This document shows, piece by piece, positions 20,689-30,828 of a DNA stretch of 64,000 nucleotides; the stretch's first letter is position 1; each line of letters begins with the position of its first letter. Position numbers and translations under genes: made by a program. The stretch lies in the IMG/VR virus record IMGVR_UViG_3300003775_000074. One strand, given 5' to 3'. The notes beneath the pieces were generated by a model. That model was given only the letters and a program-made list of their open reading frames with translations, made no database searches and had not been told where the DNA came from. The stretch comes from a virus.

Positions 20689-22539
20689 GTGGCCTCGACG
20701 GAAGACATTGAAGCGATCGAAGGGCCGGGAGGTATCGCAGTTACTGCGTTTCCCGGTCTGGAGCGCCGCTTTGACTATCAGATCAACGACTTTTCAGCCT
20801 TCGGTCTTGACGAGGGCTTTGATCGAATTCTTGCCGGCAGCTTCAACCTCACGACGGACACACAATCATCTGTCGACCTAGGTTTGAACGCCTCTTCGAT
20901 AGTCGCATTTGATAGCTGGTCTGCAGACGCCGTTATGGTCGCTGAGCACCGATTGTCGCATAGCGGACTCTTCACGATCACCAGCGCCATTGGTGCAGAC
21001 GCCTACTTTGAGATGTCATCCGTTCACCTGGTGGCACCGCTTCTTTTGACAGCGGGTGCGGAGGTTGAACTAGTAGCTGGCGCGGTAGGCGCAGTTGATA
21101 ACCTTACTTCTATCTCCACGGCTGACGTCGGGGTCGTTTTCGAATCGACCGTAACGCTCGCTGACGTACTTAATTCGTCTGCGGTGGGGGTCGAGAACTT
21201 CGCTGCGCATGTCGGCACGATCGACGATCTGACCAACGATTCAGAAGTCGATCTCCAACTGCATGCGACGTCCGTCGTAACGATCACCATGGATTCGAAT
21301 GGTAAAGCCTCCAACCCCTTCTATCGGGAGGATGGCATAGAGAACCTTCCGGTCTGGATGTTCGAGGCGAATTGGGTCGACGATTTAACCGAGACGCTCG
21401 AATGGCAAACGGATGTTCTGACGTCACCGACTGGCGCCGAACAGCGGCGTGCCTTGCGACGGTTCCCGCGGCGCTCCCTTGAGTTCCGCATCATGGCTAT
21501 CGATCGCGAGCGCTCCTATCTCGACAACAGCCTCATGAAGCATGGCTCGCACGACTGGTGGCTGCCGCAATGGCACCAATCCCTTGTGCTCGGCAGCAGT
21601 TCTCAGAACCGACTTCTGCCATTCGACGATGCTGAAGCCAGCAATTTCATGCCTGGAGACATCCTGTTCCTCCGCAACGACAGCTTCTTTGAGTACGGAA
21701 TGGCCGTTGTCGATGAAGTCGATAGTGAGGGGGTCCATCTCACCAGAAGCCTCCTACAGGCATGGCCCGCAAACACGATCGTCTATCGCGTCCAGCGCGC
21801 TCGGCTGACCGAACAACCGAAGTTGCGGCGCGAGGCCGACAATGCTGTCACAGCTCAGGTGCAATTCCGTGTCGTCGAACAGAACGCAGGTTCTGTTGAC
21901 ACGGGGCTCTCGAACTATCGCGGATTCCCGGTTCTGACCGACGCGCCCAATGAGGTTGATCGATTGGAATACGCCTATGAACGTATGGTCGAAGAGGTCG
22001 ACAATCGCACAGGCATCCCGTCTCGATACGATAGCGCCGGCATCGCATTCCCGACGCAGCGCTATGCCTGGCTCCTCGAAGGTTACGCCGAACACGCGGC
22101 CTTCATGTCCATGATCTACGCCTTTCGAGGGCGCCAAAGCGCGTTCTGGTTGCCGACATTTTTCAACGATCTGGAATTGGCACAACCCGTTGGCAACGGC
22201 GACGAGACTTTGACCGTGGAGCTTTGCGGCTACACCGAACTCGGCGGCCCGACACCGTCTCGTCAGGATATCATGATCGAGATGATTGACGGCTCGCTAA
22301 TCATGCGGCGGATCGAGGCGTCGATCATCTCCGAGGGGCGCGAAATTCTAGCGGTCGACGCTCCATTTGATAGCTCCATCGATCCCGCTTCCGTCGTCCG
22401 CATTTCTTTCATGGCTCTCTCGCGCCTGAATCAGGACGTCGTCGAGATCCAACACAAGACGGATGAGTCTGGCGTGTCGACCGTAGCGGTCACGATGCGC
22501 AACGTTCCCGATCTTCGCCAGGTTGCGTCTGGCTTCTGA
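20689..22539 (+). CDS. Distal tail protein with N-terminal extension
   Basis: C-terminal two-thirds (NW..D.TETLEWQTDV, G.EQRR.LR..PRRSLEF, RGRQ.AFW.PT) resemble Chi-like distal tail proteins. Start uncertain. Confidence 0.65.
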   Translation: MASTEDIEAIEGPGGIAVTAFPGLERRFDYQINDFSAFGLDEGFDRILAGSFNLTTDTQSSVDLGLNASSIVAFDSWSADAVMVAEHRLSHSGLFTITSAIGADAYFEMSSVHLVAPLLLTAGAEVELVAGAVGAVDNLTSISTADVGVVFESTVTLADVLNSSAVGVENFAAHVGTIDDLTNDSEVDLQLHATSVVTITMDSNGKASNPFYREDGIENLPVWMFEANWVDDLTETLEWQTDVLTSPTGAEQRRALRRFPRRSLEFRIMAIDRERSYLDNSLMKHGSHDWWLPQWHQSLVLGSSSQNRLLPFDDAEASNFMPGDILFLRNDSFFEYGMAVVDEVDSEGVHLTRSLLQAWPANTIVYRVQRARLTEQPKLRREADNAVTAQVQFRVVEQNAGSVDTGLSNYRGFPVLTDAPNEVDRLEYAYERMVEEVDNRTGIPSRYDSAGIAFPTQRYAWLLEGYAEHAAFMSMIYAFRGRQSAFWLPTFFNDLELAQPVGNGDETLTVELCGYTELGGPTPSRQDIMIEMIDGSLIMRRIEASIISEGREILAVDAPFDSSIDPASVVRISFMALSRLNQDVVEIQHKTDESGVSTVAVTMRNVPDLRQVASGF

Positions 22540-22549
22540 GGTAGTTGAG

Positions 22550-23383
22550 ATGTCATTCGACGTAATGGAACGCTCGAACTATTTGAGCAAGCCGATTTTT
22601 CTCTATGAATTCCAAATCGGTACGAAGATTTGGCGCTACTCGTCAGACGAGATTGACACGGTGCTACCCGGCGCCGCTCCCGTCTCGGAACGTACCTATC
22701 GCGCGTCGCAGATTTCGGACAATGGCGTCACTCTTGCCGACGACTCTGCCGGCAGCGACATCGTCATCACCATGCGCTCCGACGAGGAGATTGCTCGGTT
22801 CTTCGTGCTTTCGCCACCATCCGACGAGACGTGGGTTCGAATGCGCCGCGTGCAGGCGGAAGATCTAAGCGATGCGCCAATCATTTGGATCGGCACAGTA
22901 AGCAGTTCGAAACAGGCTGGACTTCGGACCACGCAGTTCACCTGTCAGGCGTTGACCGCAACTTTCAATAGAAACGGTCTGCGGTTGGCGTGGAGTCGGC
23001 AATGTCCCTATTCGCTCTATGATCGTCAATGCAAAGTCAACAAATCGTCTTACGGTGTAGTGGTCACTATCGAGAACATAGTTGGCAATGTTATCGTTTC
23101 GGACGCATTGGGTTTATTCACCGACATGCATTTTGGCAACGGATTCTTCGAATTTGCATTAATCGAGGGTTCTTTGGATCGACGTGCGATTGAGTTTCAC
23201 TACGATAATTATTTCAATATTTTGGGAACCCCCGATGGTCTCAGGATCGGACAGGTCATTGCGGTCTATCCGGGTTGCAATCGAACCGTCTCTGGCTGTA
23301 TGAAATTCAACAATATGTCGAATTATGGCGGCTTCCCACAGATGCCAGGGAAATCGCCGTTCAGTGGCAATCCTGTCGTCTGA
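22550..23383 (+). CDS. Tail tip/hub protein (DUF2163 / BR0599 C-terminal family)
   Basis: C.YSLYD.QC and YPGC.RT..GC.KFNN..NYGGFP.MP..SPF motifs. Confidence 0.85.
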   Translation: MSFDVMERSNYLSKPIFLYEFQIGTKIWRYSSDEIDTVLPGAAPVSERTYRASQISDNGVTLADDSAGSDIVITMRSDEEIARFFVLSPPSDETWVRMRRVQAEDLSDAPIIWIGTVSSSKQAGLRTTQFTCQALTATFNRNGLRLAWSRQCPYSLYDRQCKVNKSSYGVVVTIENIVGNVIVSDALGLFTDMHFGNGFFEFALIEGSLDRRAIEFHYDNYFNILGTPDGLRIGQVIAVYPGCNRTVSGCMKFNNMSNYGGFPQMPGKSPFSGNPVV

Positions 23384-23392
23384 GGTTCCTTC

Positions 23393-23629
23393 GTGCCGAC
23401 ATTTCTTTTCGCCATTGCGCTGATGATCGCATCATATGCGATCAGCGCCTTGATGCAGCCAAAACCGACGAAGCCCAAACCGGCGTCGCTGGACGAATTC
23501 GAATTCCCGCAGATCAACGAAGGCACCCCTCAAGCAGTGGTGTTCGGAGACGTGTGGTCGCCGGATTGGTTCATCCTTTGGTACGGGAACTACCGGACGT
23601 CGCCGATCAAGAGTTCAACGGGCAAATGA
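23393..23629 (+). CDS. Tail assembly protein
   Basis: Hydrophobic N-terminus, then F.FP...EGTP..VVFG.VW. Confidence 0.8.
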   Translation: MPTFLFAIALMIASYAISALMQPKPTKPKPASLDEFEFPQINEGTPQAVVFGDVWSPDWFILWYGNYRTSPIKSSTGK

Positions 23630-23838
23630 CGACTGTCTACATCAGGCACATCAGGGCAGCCAATCTCTGCGCATCCGGTGCGCGCGACTGGTTTCGGCAT
23701 TACGGCTTCGATTGGTCGGACTTCCTCACCAACGGAAAGCCCGCTGAGGAGCTGGACGCGACTGGTGATGCTATGGCGCTGAAGGTCACCGCGATCGCAC
23801 GAGAGGAGGAAGCTGATGAGCGGCGGCGGGGGCGGTAA
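23626..23838 (+). CDS. Small tail assembly protein (70 aa)
   Basis: ATGA overlap with the previous gene; MTTVYIRHIRAANLCASGARDWF..YGFDWSDFL.NG is the true gene inside listed ORF 23275..23838. Confidence 0.8.
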   Translation: MTTVYIRHIRAANLCASGARDWFRHYGFDWSDFLTNGKPAEELDATGDAMALKVTAIAREEEADERRRGR

Positions 23839-26002
23839 AGGCGGTAGCTCCGTCACGATTGGATATCGCTACTACATGTCGATCTTGATGGGCTTCTGCC
23901 GAGGTCCGATCGATGAGTTGAAGGCAATTTCTGCCGGCGACAAGGAGATTTTCCCGCTCGATCAGCCAACCGTGACCGGCACCGGAACGTATTTCGTAAA
24001 CGCCGGGCAAGTGTTCGGCGGCGATAAGGGTGAAGGTGGCGTGGAAGGAAATTTGACCTTCCTCATGGGCGATCCCGATCAATTCGCCCCTGGTTGGCTC
24101 AAAACCGGCGTCGGTGGGAATGTCTCTGATTTCCGAGGCGTGGCCGTGGCGCTGTTCGACGGCCTAATATGCGCGCTCAACCCTTATCCGAAGAAGTGGA
24201 AATTCCGCCTGCGCCGCACAGTCGGCGGCTGGGACGGTCCTGTTTGGGAACCGACACTGGCCACGATATGGCTGGAAAGTTTCAACATCAAGGCTATGAA
24301 CCCGGCGCACATTCTCTACGAATGCGCGACCAATCGCGATTGGGGTCGCGGATTCCCTCGTGAGATCATCGACAACGCCGCTTGGCGGGCAGCGGCGATA
24401 ACGCTCTACAACGAAGAATTCGGCCTCTGCTTGCGTTGGAACCGCCAGGGGACGCTACAAGAGTTCGTACAGAGCGTTCTTGATCACATTGGCGGCAGCA
24501 TTTTCGTCGATCGCCAGACGGGGCTTCTGACGCTCAAGCTGCTCCGCAACGATTACGTCCCGGCCGACGTCCCGTTGTTCGACTATAACTCGGGGCTTCT
24601 CTCGATGGACTCGGGCGAGACCGCTGCTCGCGACAAGTCGGTCAACGAGGTGATCGTCAAATATCACACCCCTCTCGGCGACGAAGATCGCGAGGTACGC
24701 GCACAGAATCTGGCTTCCATCCAAAGCGTGGGTGCCATCAACAGCACGACAACCGATTATACCGGCGTCCCAACCCATACGCTGGCCGCGCGCCTGGCAC
24801 AGCGTGACCTGCGCATCAATACGACCGCTACGAGGCGCTTCAAGGTCAAGCTCGATCGCCGTGCGTGGCGCATCTACCCAGGTGCGGTCTTCCGCGTCTC
24901 GGCGCCCGACAAGGGCATCGCGAATCTGATCCTGCGCGCTGGCAAGATCACCGATGGCTCGCCGACGAGTGGTGAGATCACGGTTGAAGCGGTGATCGAC
25001 GTTTTCGGCCTTCCGTCCGCAGCATTCGTCGAGCAGCAGGAGCCCGAGTGGGTGCCGCCCGATTCGACGCCGTCGATCGTCACTGATCGAATTGCTCGTG
25101 AAGCGACTTACTTCGACATGTTCAATCGCCTCTCGCCGTCTGATCTCGCGCTTTTTGACGTCCATTCCGGCGCAATCGCCACTGTCGCCGCCAAGCCGAC
25201 TTCGTTGACGCTCAACTATGGGATCAGCACGCGAACCGGCACTGACACTTTTGTCGAGCGCTCGCGCCAAACATTCGCGCCGTCGATGACCCTCGCGTCC
25301 GCTATTGGTCACTATGACACGACGATAACGTTCGAAGCTGGCGTGGACATGGGCCTGATTGAGGTCGGTTCGTTGATGCAGATCGGCAACGAGCTGCTGC
25401 GTCTCGACGATATCGCGGTGGATGCGAGTGGTGTGGCAGGCACACTAACTGTTGCCCGCGGCTGCATAGATACCGTTCCGCAGACCCACGCGCTGGGCGC
25501 GCAAGCCTTCATTCTCGTGGATGCGATCGGCAGTGATCAACGCGAATATGCGACGGGCGAGAGCGTCAACGTCAAGATGCTCTCGATCACCAATACCGGG
25601 ACACTGGCTTCGGGACTGGCGCCGGTTGACACCGTCAACATTGGCGGGCGGCAGGGGCGCCCCTATCCCCCTGGCCGCGTCAGGATCAACGGGACACCCG
25701 CATTCGACGTCTCATCCGTAACAGGCGCGCTTGTGATCCAATGGGCTCATCGTGATCGCTTGCTGCAGAAAGACCAGATTGTCGATCATGAAGAGCCGAA
25801 CGTCGGACCTGAGGCCGGAACGACCTACACGATCAGGATCTTCTCTGGTTCTGGTACGCTGCTTACAACTGCTGCCGGGCTCACCGGGACCAGTTATACG
25901 GTTTCCCTGGGCCTGACGGGGGCACTACGGTTTGAGCTGGAATCCATCCGTGATGGACTGCCATCGACGCAGATGTACGATTTCAGCTTGACGCGCTCGT
26001 AG
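23816..26002 (+). CDS. Central tail tip / host-specificity protein
   Basis: MSGGGGGK...VTIGYRYY start, MNPAHI.YE, tail-tip core, RG...T.P..H and PYPPG motifs. Confidence 0.88.
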   Translation: MSGGGGGKGGSSVTIGYRYYMSILMGFCRGPIDELKAISAGDKEIFPLDQPTVTGTGTYFVNAGQVFGGDKGEGGVEGNLTFLMGDPDQFAPGWLKTGVGGNVSDFRGVAVALFDGLICALNPYPKKWKFRLRRTVGGWDGPVWEPTLATIWLESFNIKAMNPAHILYECATNRDWGRGFPREIIDNAAWRAAAITLYNEEFGLCLRWNRQGTLQEFVQSVLDHIGGSIFVDRQTGLLTLKLLRNDYVPADVPLFDYNSGLLSMDSGETAARDKSVNEVIVKYHTPLGDEDREVRAQNLASIQSVGAINSTTTDYTGVPTHTLAARLAQRDLRINTTATRRFKVKLDRRAWRIYPGAVFRVSAPDKGIANLILRAGKITDGSPTSGEITVEAVIDVFGLPSAAFVEQQEPEWVPPDSTPSIVTDRIAREATYFDMFNRLSPSDLALFDVHSGAIATVAAKPTSLTLNYGISTRTGTDTFVERSRQTFAPSMTLASAIGHYDTTITFEAGVDMGLIEVGSLMQIGNELLRLDDIAVDASGVAGTLTVARGCIDTVPQTHALGAQAFILVDAIGSDQREYATGESVNVKMLSITNTGTLASGLAPVDTVNIGGRQGRPYPPGRVRINGTPAFDVSSVTGALVIQWAHRDRLLQKDQIVDHEEPNVGPEAGTTYTIRIFSGSGTLLTTAAGLTGTSYTVSLGLTGALRFELESIRDGLPSTQMYDFSLTRS

Positions 26003-26061
26003 TCTTTCAAATTCAACATTATGTGGTATATCCTGAGCGAAATTCGAACTCAGGAGCGACC

Positions 26062-27225
26062 ATGGCCGCCGTCGACAAATGGAACGGATTCAAGGGCGCG
26101 GCTAAAAAGCTCGACGACGTCGATCTTCCCCGCATCGGCCATCGCATTGGCGTCGGTGAAGACGAGCTGCACGCCTTCATGGAAGTCGAGGCCGCGGGCG
26201 CCGGGTTCGATAAGGAGGGGCGGCCGAAGATGCTCTTCGAGCCCCACGTCTTCTACCGCAACCTCTCGGGGGCTGAGCGCGATGCGGCGGTGAAAGCCGG
26301 GGTGGCATACGCGAAATGGAAGAAGTCGGGCTATCCCAAGGACAGCTATCCACGCCTGACGGCGGCTATGAAGATCAACGAGACGGCGGCTCTGAAAGCT
26401 GCGTCGTGGGGCTACAGCCAGGTTCTCGGTGAGAATTTCCAAATGGCGGGCTTCGACAGTCCGCAGGCCATGGTGCGCGCGTTCATGGCCGACGAGGAAA
26501 ACCACATCGAGGCGATGGTCAGCTTTATTGTGGCCGCAGGAATTGACGACGATCTGCGGGCCCATCGCTGGGAGGTCGTGGCACGAGTATACAATGGCCC
26601 CGGCAAGGTCGCGGACTATGCGCCAAAGCTCGCCAAAGCCTTCGCGAAGTGGCGCAAGATCCCTGACACGCCGTGGTCGCCTGGTGATTCCAACCCGGTC
26701 GCCCCGGCCGCGACCGCGCCTGAAAAGGAAGTTATCGAGAACGTCCAAAGGCGACTGCGCGAACTGAACTATCCTGAGGTCGGCGAAATCGATGGAGATG
26801 TTGGCTCGAAGACCAGTGGCGCCATCCTGGCTTTCCGCGCCGACGCTGGTCTGCCGCTGACGCCGACGATCGACACTCAGCTCCTGACTGCGCTGATGAT
26901 CGCAAAGCCGCGCGTCGTGGCAGCCGCCCGTGCGAACGCAACCGCTGAAGATCTCAAGGGCAAGTCAGACTCGGTCGACATGGCTGACGCACTCAAGAAG
27001 GGCGGCACCGGGCTCGCCGGCATCAGCGTGTTCGGTAGTGTCCTCAAAAGCCTCGATCTCGACGGTTGGGTTGACGGCGCCGGCAAGCTCAAGGCGCTGA
27101 CCGATACGGTGTTGTCTTTCTCACCGTGGCTGCTGCTTGGCGCAGCGGGCGCTGGTGCAATCTACTTCGGCTCCAAAATCATCCGCGAGCAGGTTCAGGC
27201 CTACCGCGAAGGGCGCCACGTCTGA
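26062..27225 (+). CDS. Endolysin: N-acetylmuramidase (DUF3380-like), peptidoglycan-binding domain and C-terminal hydrophobic helices
   Basis: EVEA.G.GF...GRPK.LFEPH.FYR, ASWG..Q.LGENF and YNGP motifs; VQ.RL.ELNY...G.IDG..G.KT..AI.AF binding domain; RBS AGGAG. Confidence 0.9.
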   Translation: MAAVDKWNGFKGAAKKLDDVDLPRIGHRIGVGEDELHAFMEVEAAGAGFDKEGRPKMLFEPHVFYRNLSGAERDAAVKAGVAYAKWKKSGYPKDSYPRLTAAMKINETAALKAASWGYSQVLGENFQMAGFDSPQAMVRAFMADEENHIEAMVSFIVAAGIDDDLRAHRWEVVARVYNGPGKVADYAPKLAKAFAKWRKIPDTPWSPGDSNPVAPAATAPEKEVIENVQRRLRELNYPEVGEIDGDVGSKTSGAILAFRADAGLPLTPTIDTQLLTALMIAKPRVVAAARANATAEDLKGKSDSVDMADALKKGGTGLAGISVFGSVLKSLDLDGWVDGAGKLKALTDTVLSFSPWLLLGAAGAGAIYFGSKIIREQVQAYREGRHV

Positions 27226-28127
27226 TGCTGCTGTTTCCCTCCAACATCGTTTTCGGTCGAGGAAGAGTGTTCTTCGACCGCTTTCTTGATGGCCAGAGTG
27301 TTGGCGAGGGTGAGCGTTACATCGGCAATACGACGGGTTTTTCGCTCAGCCGGGATATCGACGAGATTGAATGCATCAAGTCTCGCCGCGGCCATCTTCA
27401 GAAAGCTCGCAGCTACGTTGTTCGAGAAAAGCTCACGGGTTCATTCACTACGGACGCTATCTCGACCGAGAACGTGGCAGCGTGGTTTGGCGATGATGCT
27501 GATCTCGAAGGCGTGCCGGCAGGAAATCCCCGAACCGAGACCTTCTTCGTCAAGCGTGGGCGATACTATCAGCTCGGCAAAACCTATCACCCGACCGGCG
27601 TTCGTCACGTCGAAAAGGTGACTTTCGAGGTCAATGGGAATCCATTGGACCCGCAAGACGAACTTGAGCTGAGCAAGGCGGACGGGCGATTCTATGTGCT
27701 GCCAGGGGCGGAAGTTCTGGTCGATGGAGCGCAACTGGTCGTTACTTTCGAGTGGCGGCAATCGCCCACGGCTTCTCGAACCGCGAGCAAACCCAAGGAA
27801 GTGCTCGGCTCTTTGCGCTTTATTGCTGACAACCCGGTTGGTCGGAACAAGGACTACTTTATACCGAGCGCAGCCTTAAAGCCGACCGGCGATTTGTCGC
27901 TGAAAGGCGATGAATGGCAGCAATTCGGTTTCGATTTCGAGATCAGGCAACTCAATCCGAGCGCCGAGTTGCTTTACGTTGTCGAGGATGGGCCGGCTGC
28001 CTACTCGGTCGACGAGCAGGCGATCCTGGATCATTCGGGGATCACGCTCGACGCCTTCCCGTATTGGGAAAACCAACTCGATATCATCATCAACGAAATC
28101 ATTGCCTCACGGGGCTATTTAACCTAG
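27225..28127 (+). CDS. Second, diverged tail-tube paralogue
   Basis: Shares GRGRVFF, RYIGNT.GFSL, TD.IS.EN.A and LKGDEWQQF.F.FE with 13568..14371. Confidence 0.8.
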   Translation: MLLFPSNIVFGRGRVFFDRFLDGQSVGEGERYIGNTTGFSLSRDIDEIECIKSRRGHLQKARSYVVREKLTGSFTTDAISTENVAAWFGDDADLEGVPAGNPRTETFFVKRGRYYQLGKTYHPTGVRHVEKVTFEVNGNPLDPQDELELSKADGRFYVLPGAEVLVDGAQLVVTFEWRQSPTASRTASKPKEVLGSLRFIADNPVGRNKDYFIPSAALKPTGDLSLKGDEWQQFGFDFEIRQLNPSAELLYVVEDGPAAYSVDEQAILDHSGITLDAFPYWENQLDIIINEIIASRGYLT

Positions 28128-28166
28128 AAATCAACATAAAGTAGATTATCCAACATAGGTGCGCTC

Positions 28167-29456
28167 ATGGCCGAACTGCCGCTCGACGGAGCGATCCCGC
28201 GCTTCAAATCCAACGAAGATCGGATGGACCGATTTATCAATGGTGCGCCAGCGGATTCCTGGACGACATCAGGCGGCGTTGCGGTCCCGAGCGTCAGGAA
28301 GTTCCTCGCCGACAAGGACGCCGAAATCAACGCGGCAGCCGATGGCATCCTTGAGCAAGCTGTTACAGCCAAGAATGCTGCTGAAACTGCTGCCGGCGCC
28401 GCCAACACCGCCAAAGGTGCTTCGGAAACCGCTCGCGACAAATCCCAGGCCTGGGCCGAAAGCGACTCGGCGCCTGGTGGTCCCGGCAGCAAGTCCGCAA
28501 AGGTCTATGCTGCGGAAGCCGCAAACTCGGCAGCCGACCTGCTATTCCGCGTGTTTGGCACTCTCGCCGAGGCCCAAGCGGCTTTCATCAACCCGGCTGC
28601 GAGCTGGGTCGCTATCGCCAACTACTCGCCCTACACGCGCTATTATGAGCGTGTTGCGAGCGATCCCGGCTCGGTGGACAAATTCCAGTCGTCGAACGGC
28701 ATTTGGTTCAAGGCGATGCCTTTGCCGAACCCGACGCTCGACTTCGCCGCCCCGGTTGCTCGGAGCGGGAATGTCAATGTCGGGGCCTCCGACTTCGATC
28801 AAGTGCATAATTGGTCGATTCCTCTCGGGACCACTTACACGTGCACGTTGCCCGATCCCGACACTTACATCGGTCGGATCATCCACATCCAGGTCGATGA
28901 GCCTTCTCGCGGCCTCCTGGTTGTCACCAGCGTCGATCCGATCGGGAAGTATGAGCCCAACAGCTTGGCGATCTGGTCGGGAGAGAGTCTGACGCTCGTC
29001 GGCCGTGCTGGGCGTTGGGACATCATCGGAGGGCGCTGCAAGCCGCTCGCCTTCAAAGCAACCAACCCTGGCGCAGATATGCCAACCACGTGGGTTGCCA
29101 GCAGCGGGTGGATTTCTTCTCAGCAGGGCGGTGAAGAGTGGGCGCTTACAGGCAGCACAATTATTGTGCCACGCAAAGGGTTTTATACGCTCAATTTCGA
29201 GGTGGCAGTTCAATGGACAAGCGCCCCGAATTACATTTATGCCATCGCATTCAATACTAGTCAGTCGAATGATCGTGACCAGCGCAGCTCTCCAGCAAGT
29301 ACCTATGCGCTGCTGAAATCATCGCAGCGCGTCCAATTCGCACGAAACGCCGGCATTGCTCCGGTCGTACTGTGGGACGCCGGTTCTGGCGTGAGCATCG
29401 CTCGCACTTCGATCGGTACGCCGCAGTTCTCCATGACTGAGCAGCCGGGATGGTGA
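28167..29456 (+). CDS. Tail fibre / receptor-binding protein
   Basis: N-terminal anchor (MDRFING...TSGG..VPS), Ala-rich coiled stretch and beta-rich C-terminal domain. Confidence 0.75.
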   Translation: MAELPLDGAIPRFKSNEDRMDRFINGAPADSWTTSGGVAVPSVRKFLADKDAEINAAADGILEQAVTAKNAAETAAGAANTAKGASETARDKSQAWAESDSAPGGPGSKSAKVYAAEAANSAADLLFRVFGTLAEAQAAFINPAASWVAIANYSPYTRYYERVASDPGSVDKFQSSNGIWFKAMPLPNPTLDFAAPVARSGNVNVGASDFDQVHNWSIPLGTTYTCTLPDPDTYIGRIIHIQVDEPSRGLLVVTSVDPIGKYEPNSLAIWSGESLTLVGRAGRWDIIGGRCKPLAFKATNPGADMPTTWVASSGWISSQQGGEEWALTGSTIIVPRKGFYTLNFEVAVQWTSAPNYIYAIAFNTSQSNDRDQRSSPASTYALLKSSQRVQFARNAGIAPVVLWDAGSGVSIARTSIGTPQFSMTEQPGW

Positions 29457-30466
29457 CGAGTCTCATCAGGGTTCGGAATCCTCCCGGTGGAATCCGTGCG
29501 TGGACGCCCGAATTCCCAAATCCCGTTTCACCGTTGATCCTGTTGCCGGATGACGACCGGGGTGAGGTCACGGATTATGTGCAGATCGTCGAACGCTCGC
29601 CTCGCCGTTTGCGGCTGACGCGGCCGGGGTTTGAAGACTATCGGAACTGCACACCTGGAGCGCGCTACCGCTTCCAGACCAACGCAACGCAGATCACGAT
29701 CGCAGCTTCATCGAGCAATACGGTCGATCGTTCAGACGCGCGCAATTACTTCGCGTATGTTCTGGTCAACGGGGTCGCAACTTACAGCTTCGACACCCGC
29801 GATGGCGGCATGGTCATCAACCTCGGATCGGCAGTGAGCCGCCTGTTCGAGATCGTCTGGCCGTATGCCGACGCAATGGATCTGCACAGCATAACGATCA
29901 ATGCAGGTGGCTCTTTTACCACCCCGGCAGCTAGGCCCGCCGCCAAAATTGCTTGTGCAGGCGACAGCATCACACAAGGCTTTACCGCCACGAGCGTCAT
30001 TGCGACCTGGGCTTTCAAACTCGCAGTCGCGAAGTCGCGCCAACTATTGAACCTGGGCGATGGCGGTGATGCTGCGACCGCCAGCTATGCGAACGCGCTC
30101 ATCGGGACCGGCGCCGATCGCGTGACCTATATGATCGGCTACAACAATTTCGCTGCGCAGACCCCATTGGCCAATTTCCAAAGCCAGGTCGAGGGTTGGA
30201 TCACCAACGCGAAGGCGGCGCTGCCCTCGGCCAAAATCTACGTGATCAGTCCGGTTTATTCGCCGAACAGTGGACCGATCACTCTCGCTCAATATCGCAC
30301 CGCGGTTCAGGCTGCGGTGGCCGCTGTTGGCGGTGCCAATGTCACCTACATCAACGGCCTGTCGATCATGACGAATTCGAACGGCCTTCTCGTGGATGGC
30401 GTGCATCCGAACGACAGCGGCTCGACCGAGATCGCGAACAACCTCAATTCGCTGATCGCTGCTTAA
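29450..30466 (+). CDS. SGNH esterase, probable tail-associated deacetylase
   Basis: GDSITQG, IGYNN and DGVHPN blocks; overlaps the fibre gene. Confidence 0.82.
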   Translation: MVTSLIRVRNPPGGIRAWTPEFPNPVSPLILLPDDDRGEVTDYVQIVERSPRRLRLTRPGFEDYRNCTPGARYRFQTNATQITIAASSSNTVDRSDARNYFAYVLVNGVATYSFDTRDGGMVINLGSAVSRLFEIVWPYADAMDLHSITINAGGSFTTPAARPAAKIACAGDSITQGFTATSVIATWAFKLAVAKSRQLLNLGDGGDAATASYANALIGTGADRVTYMIGYNNFAAQTPLANFQSQVEGWITNAKAALPSAKIYVISPVYSPNSGPITLAQYRTAVQAAVAAVGGANVTYINGLSIMTNSNGLLVDGVHPNDSGSTEIANNLNSLIAA

Positions 30467-30468
30467 GG

Positions 30469-30825
30469 ATGCTGGCCGTGTTGCCCGAGGCTGCCGCGAA
30501 GCTGACTGCAGAAGCGCTGGTAACCCAGGGCATTCTTGGGATCACCACTTTCGTACTGGCCTGCACTGTTGTCTATCTCTACCGCGAGAACATCAAGCAG
30601 AGGCAACAATATGACGACGATCTCGTTGAAGAAAGAACGCGCCATAACGCGGAGTTTCTGAGCGAGCGCAATCGCCACGCCGAAGAGATCGCTTCGGAGC
30701 GGCGACTGAACAAGGAATTGCAGGACGAACGCTTTAAGGAACTGAAATCTACCTTGGCCACGGTGCAGGCCGTCACTGAATCCGTTGACGCCGCACTCGT
30801 GGCGCTCGGGACCAGGAGGCAGTAG
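30469..30825 (+). CDS. Holin/antiholin-like single-TM protein
   Basis: TM QGILGITTFVLACTVVYLY followed by a charged coiled coil. Confidence 0.55.
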   Translation: MLAVLPEAAAKLTAEALVTQGILGITTFVLACTVVYLYRENIKQRQQYDDDLVEERTRHNAEFLSERNRHAEEIASERRLNKELQDERFKELKSTLATVQAVTESVDAALVALGTRRQ

Positions 30826-30828
30826 TCG

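Noticed and set aside
23816-30466. Diversity-generating retroelement or invertible tail-fibre switch
   Set aside because: No reverse transcriptase, invertase, template/variable repeat pair or inverted fibre fragments were found.
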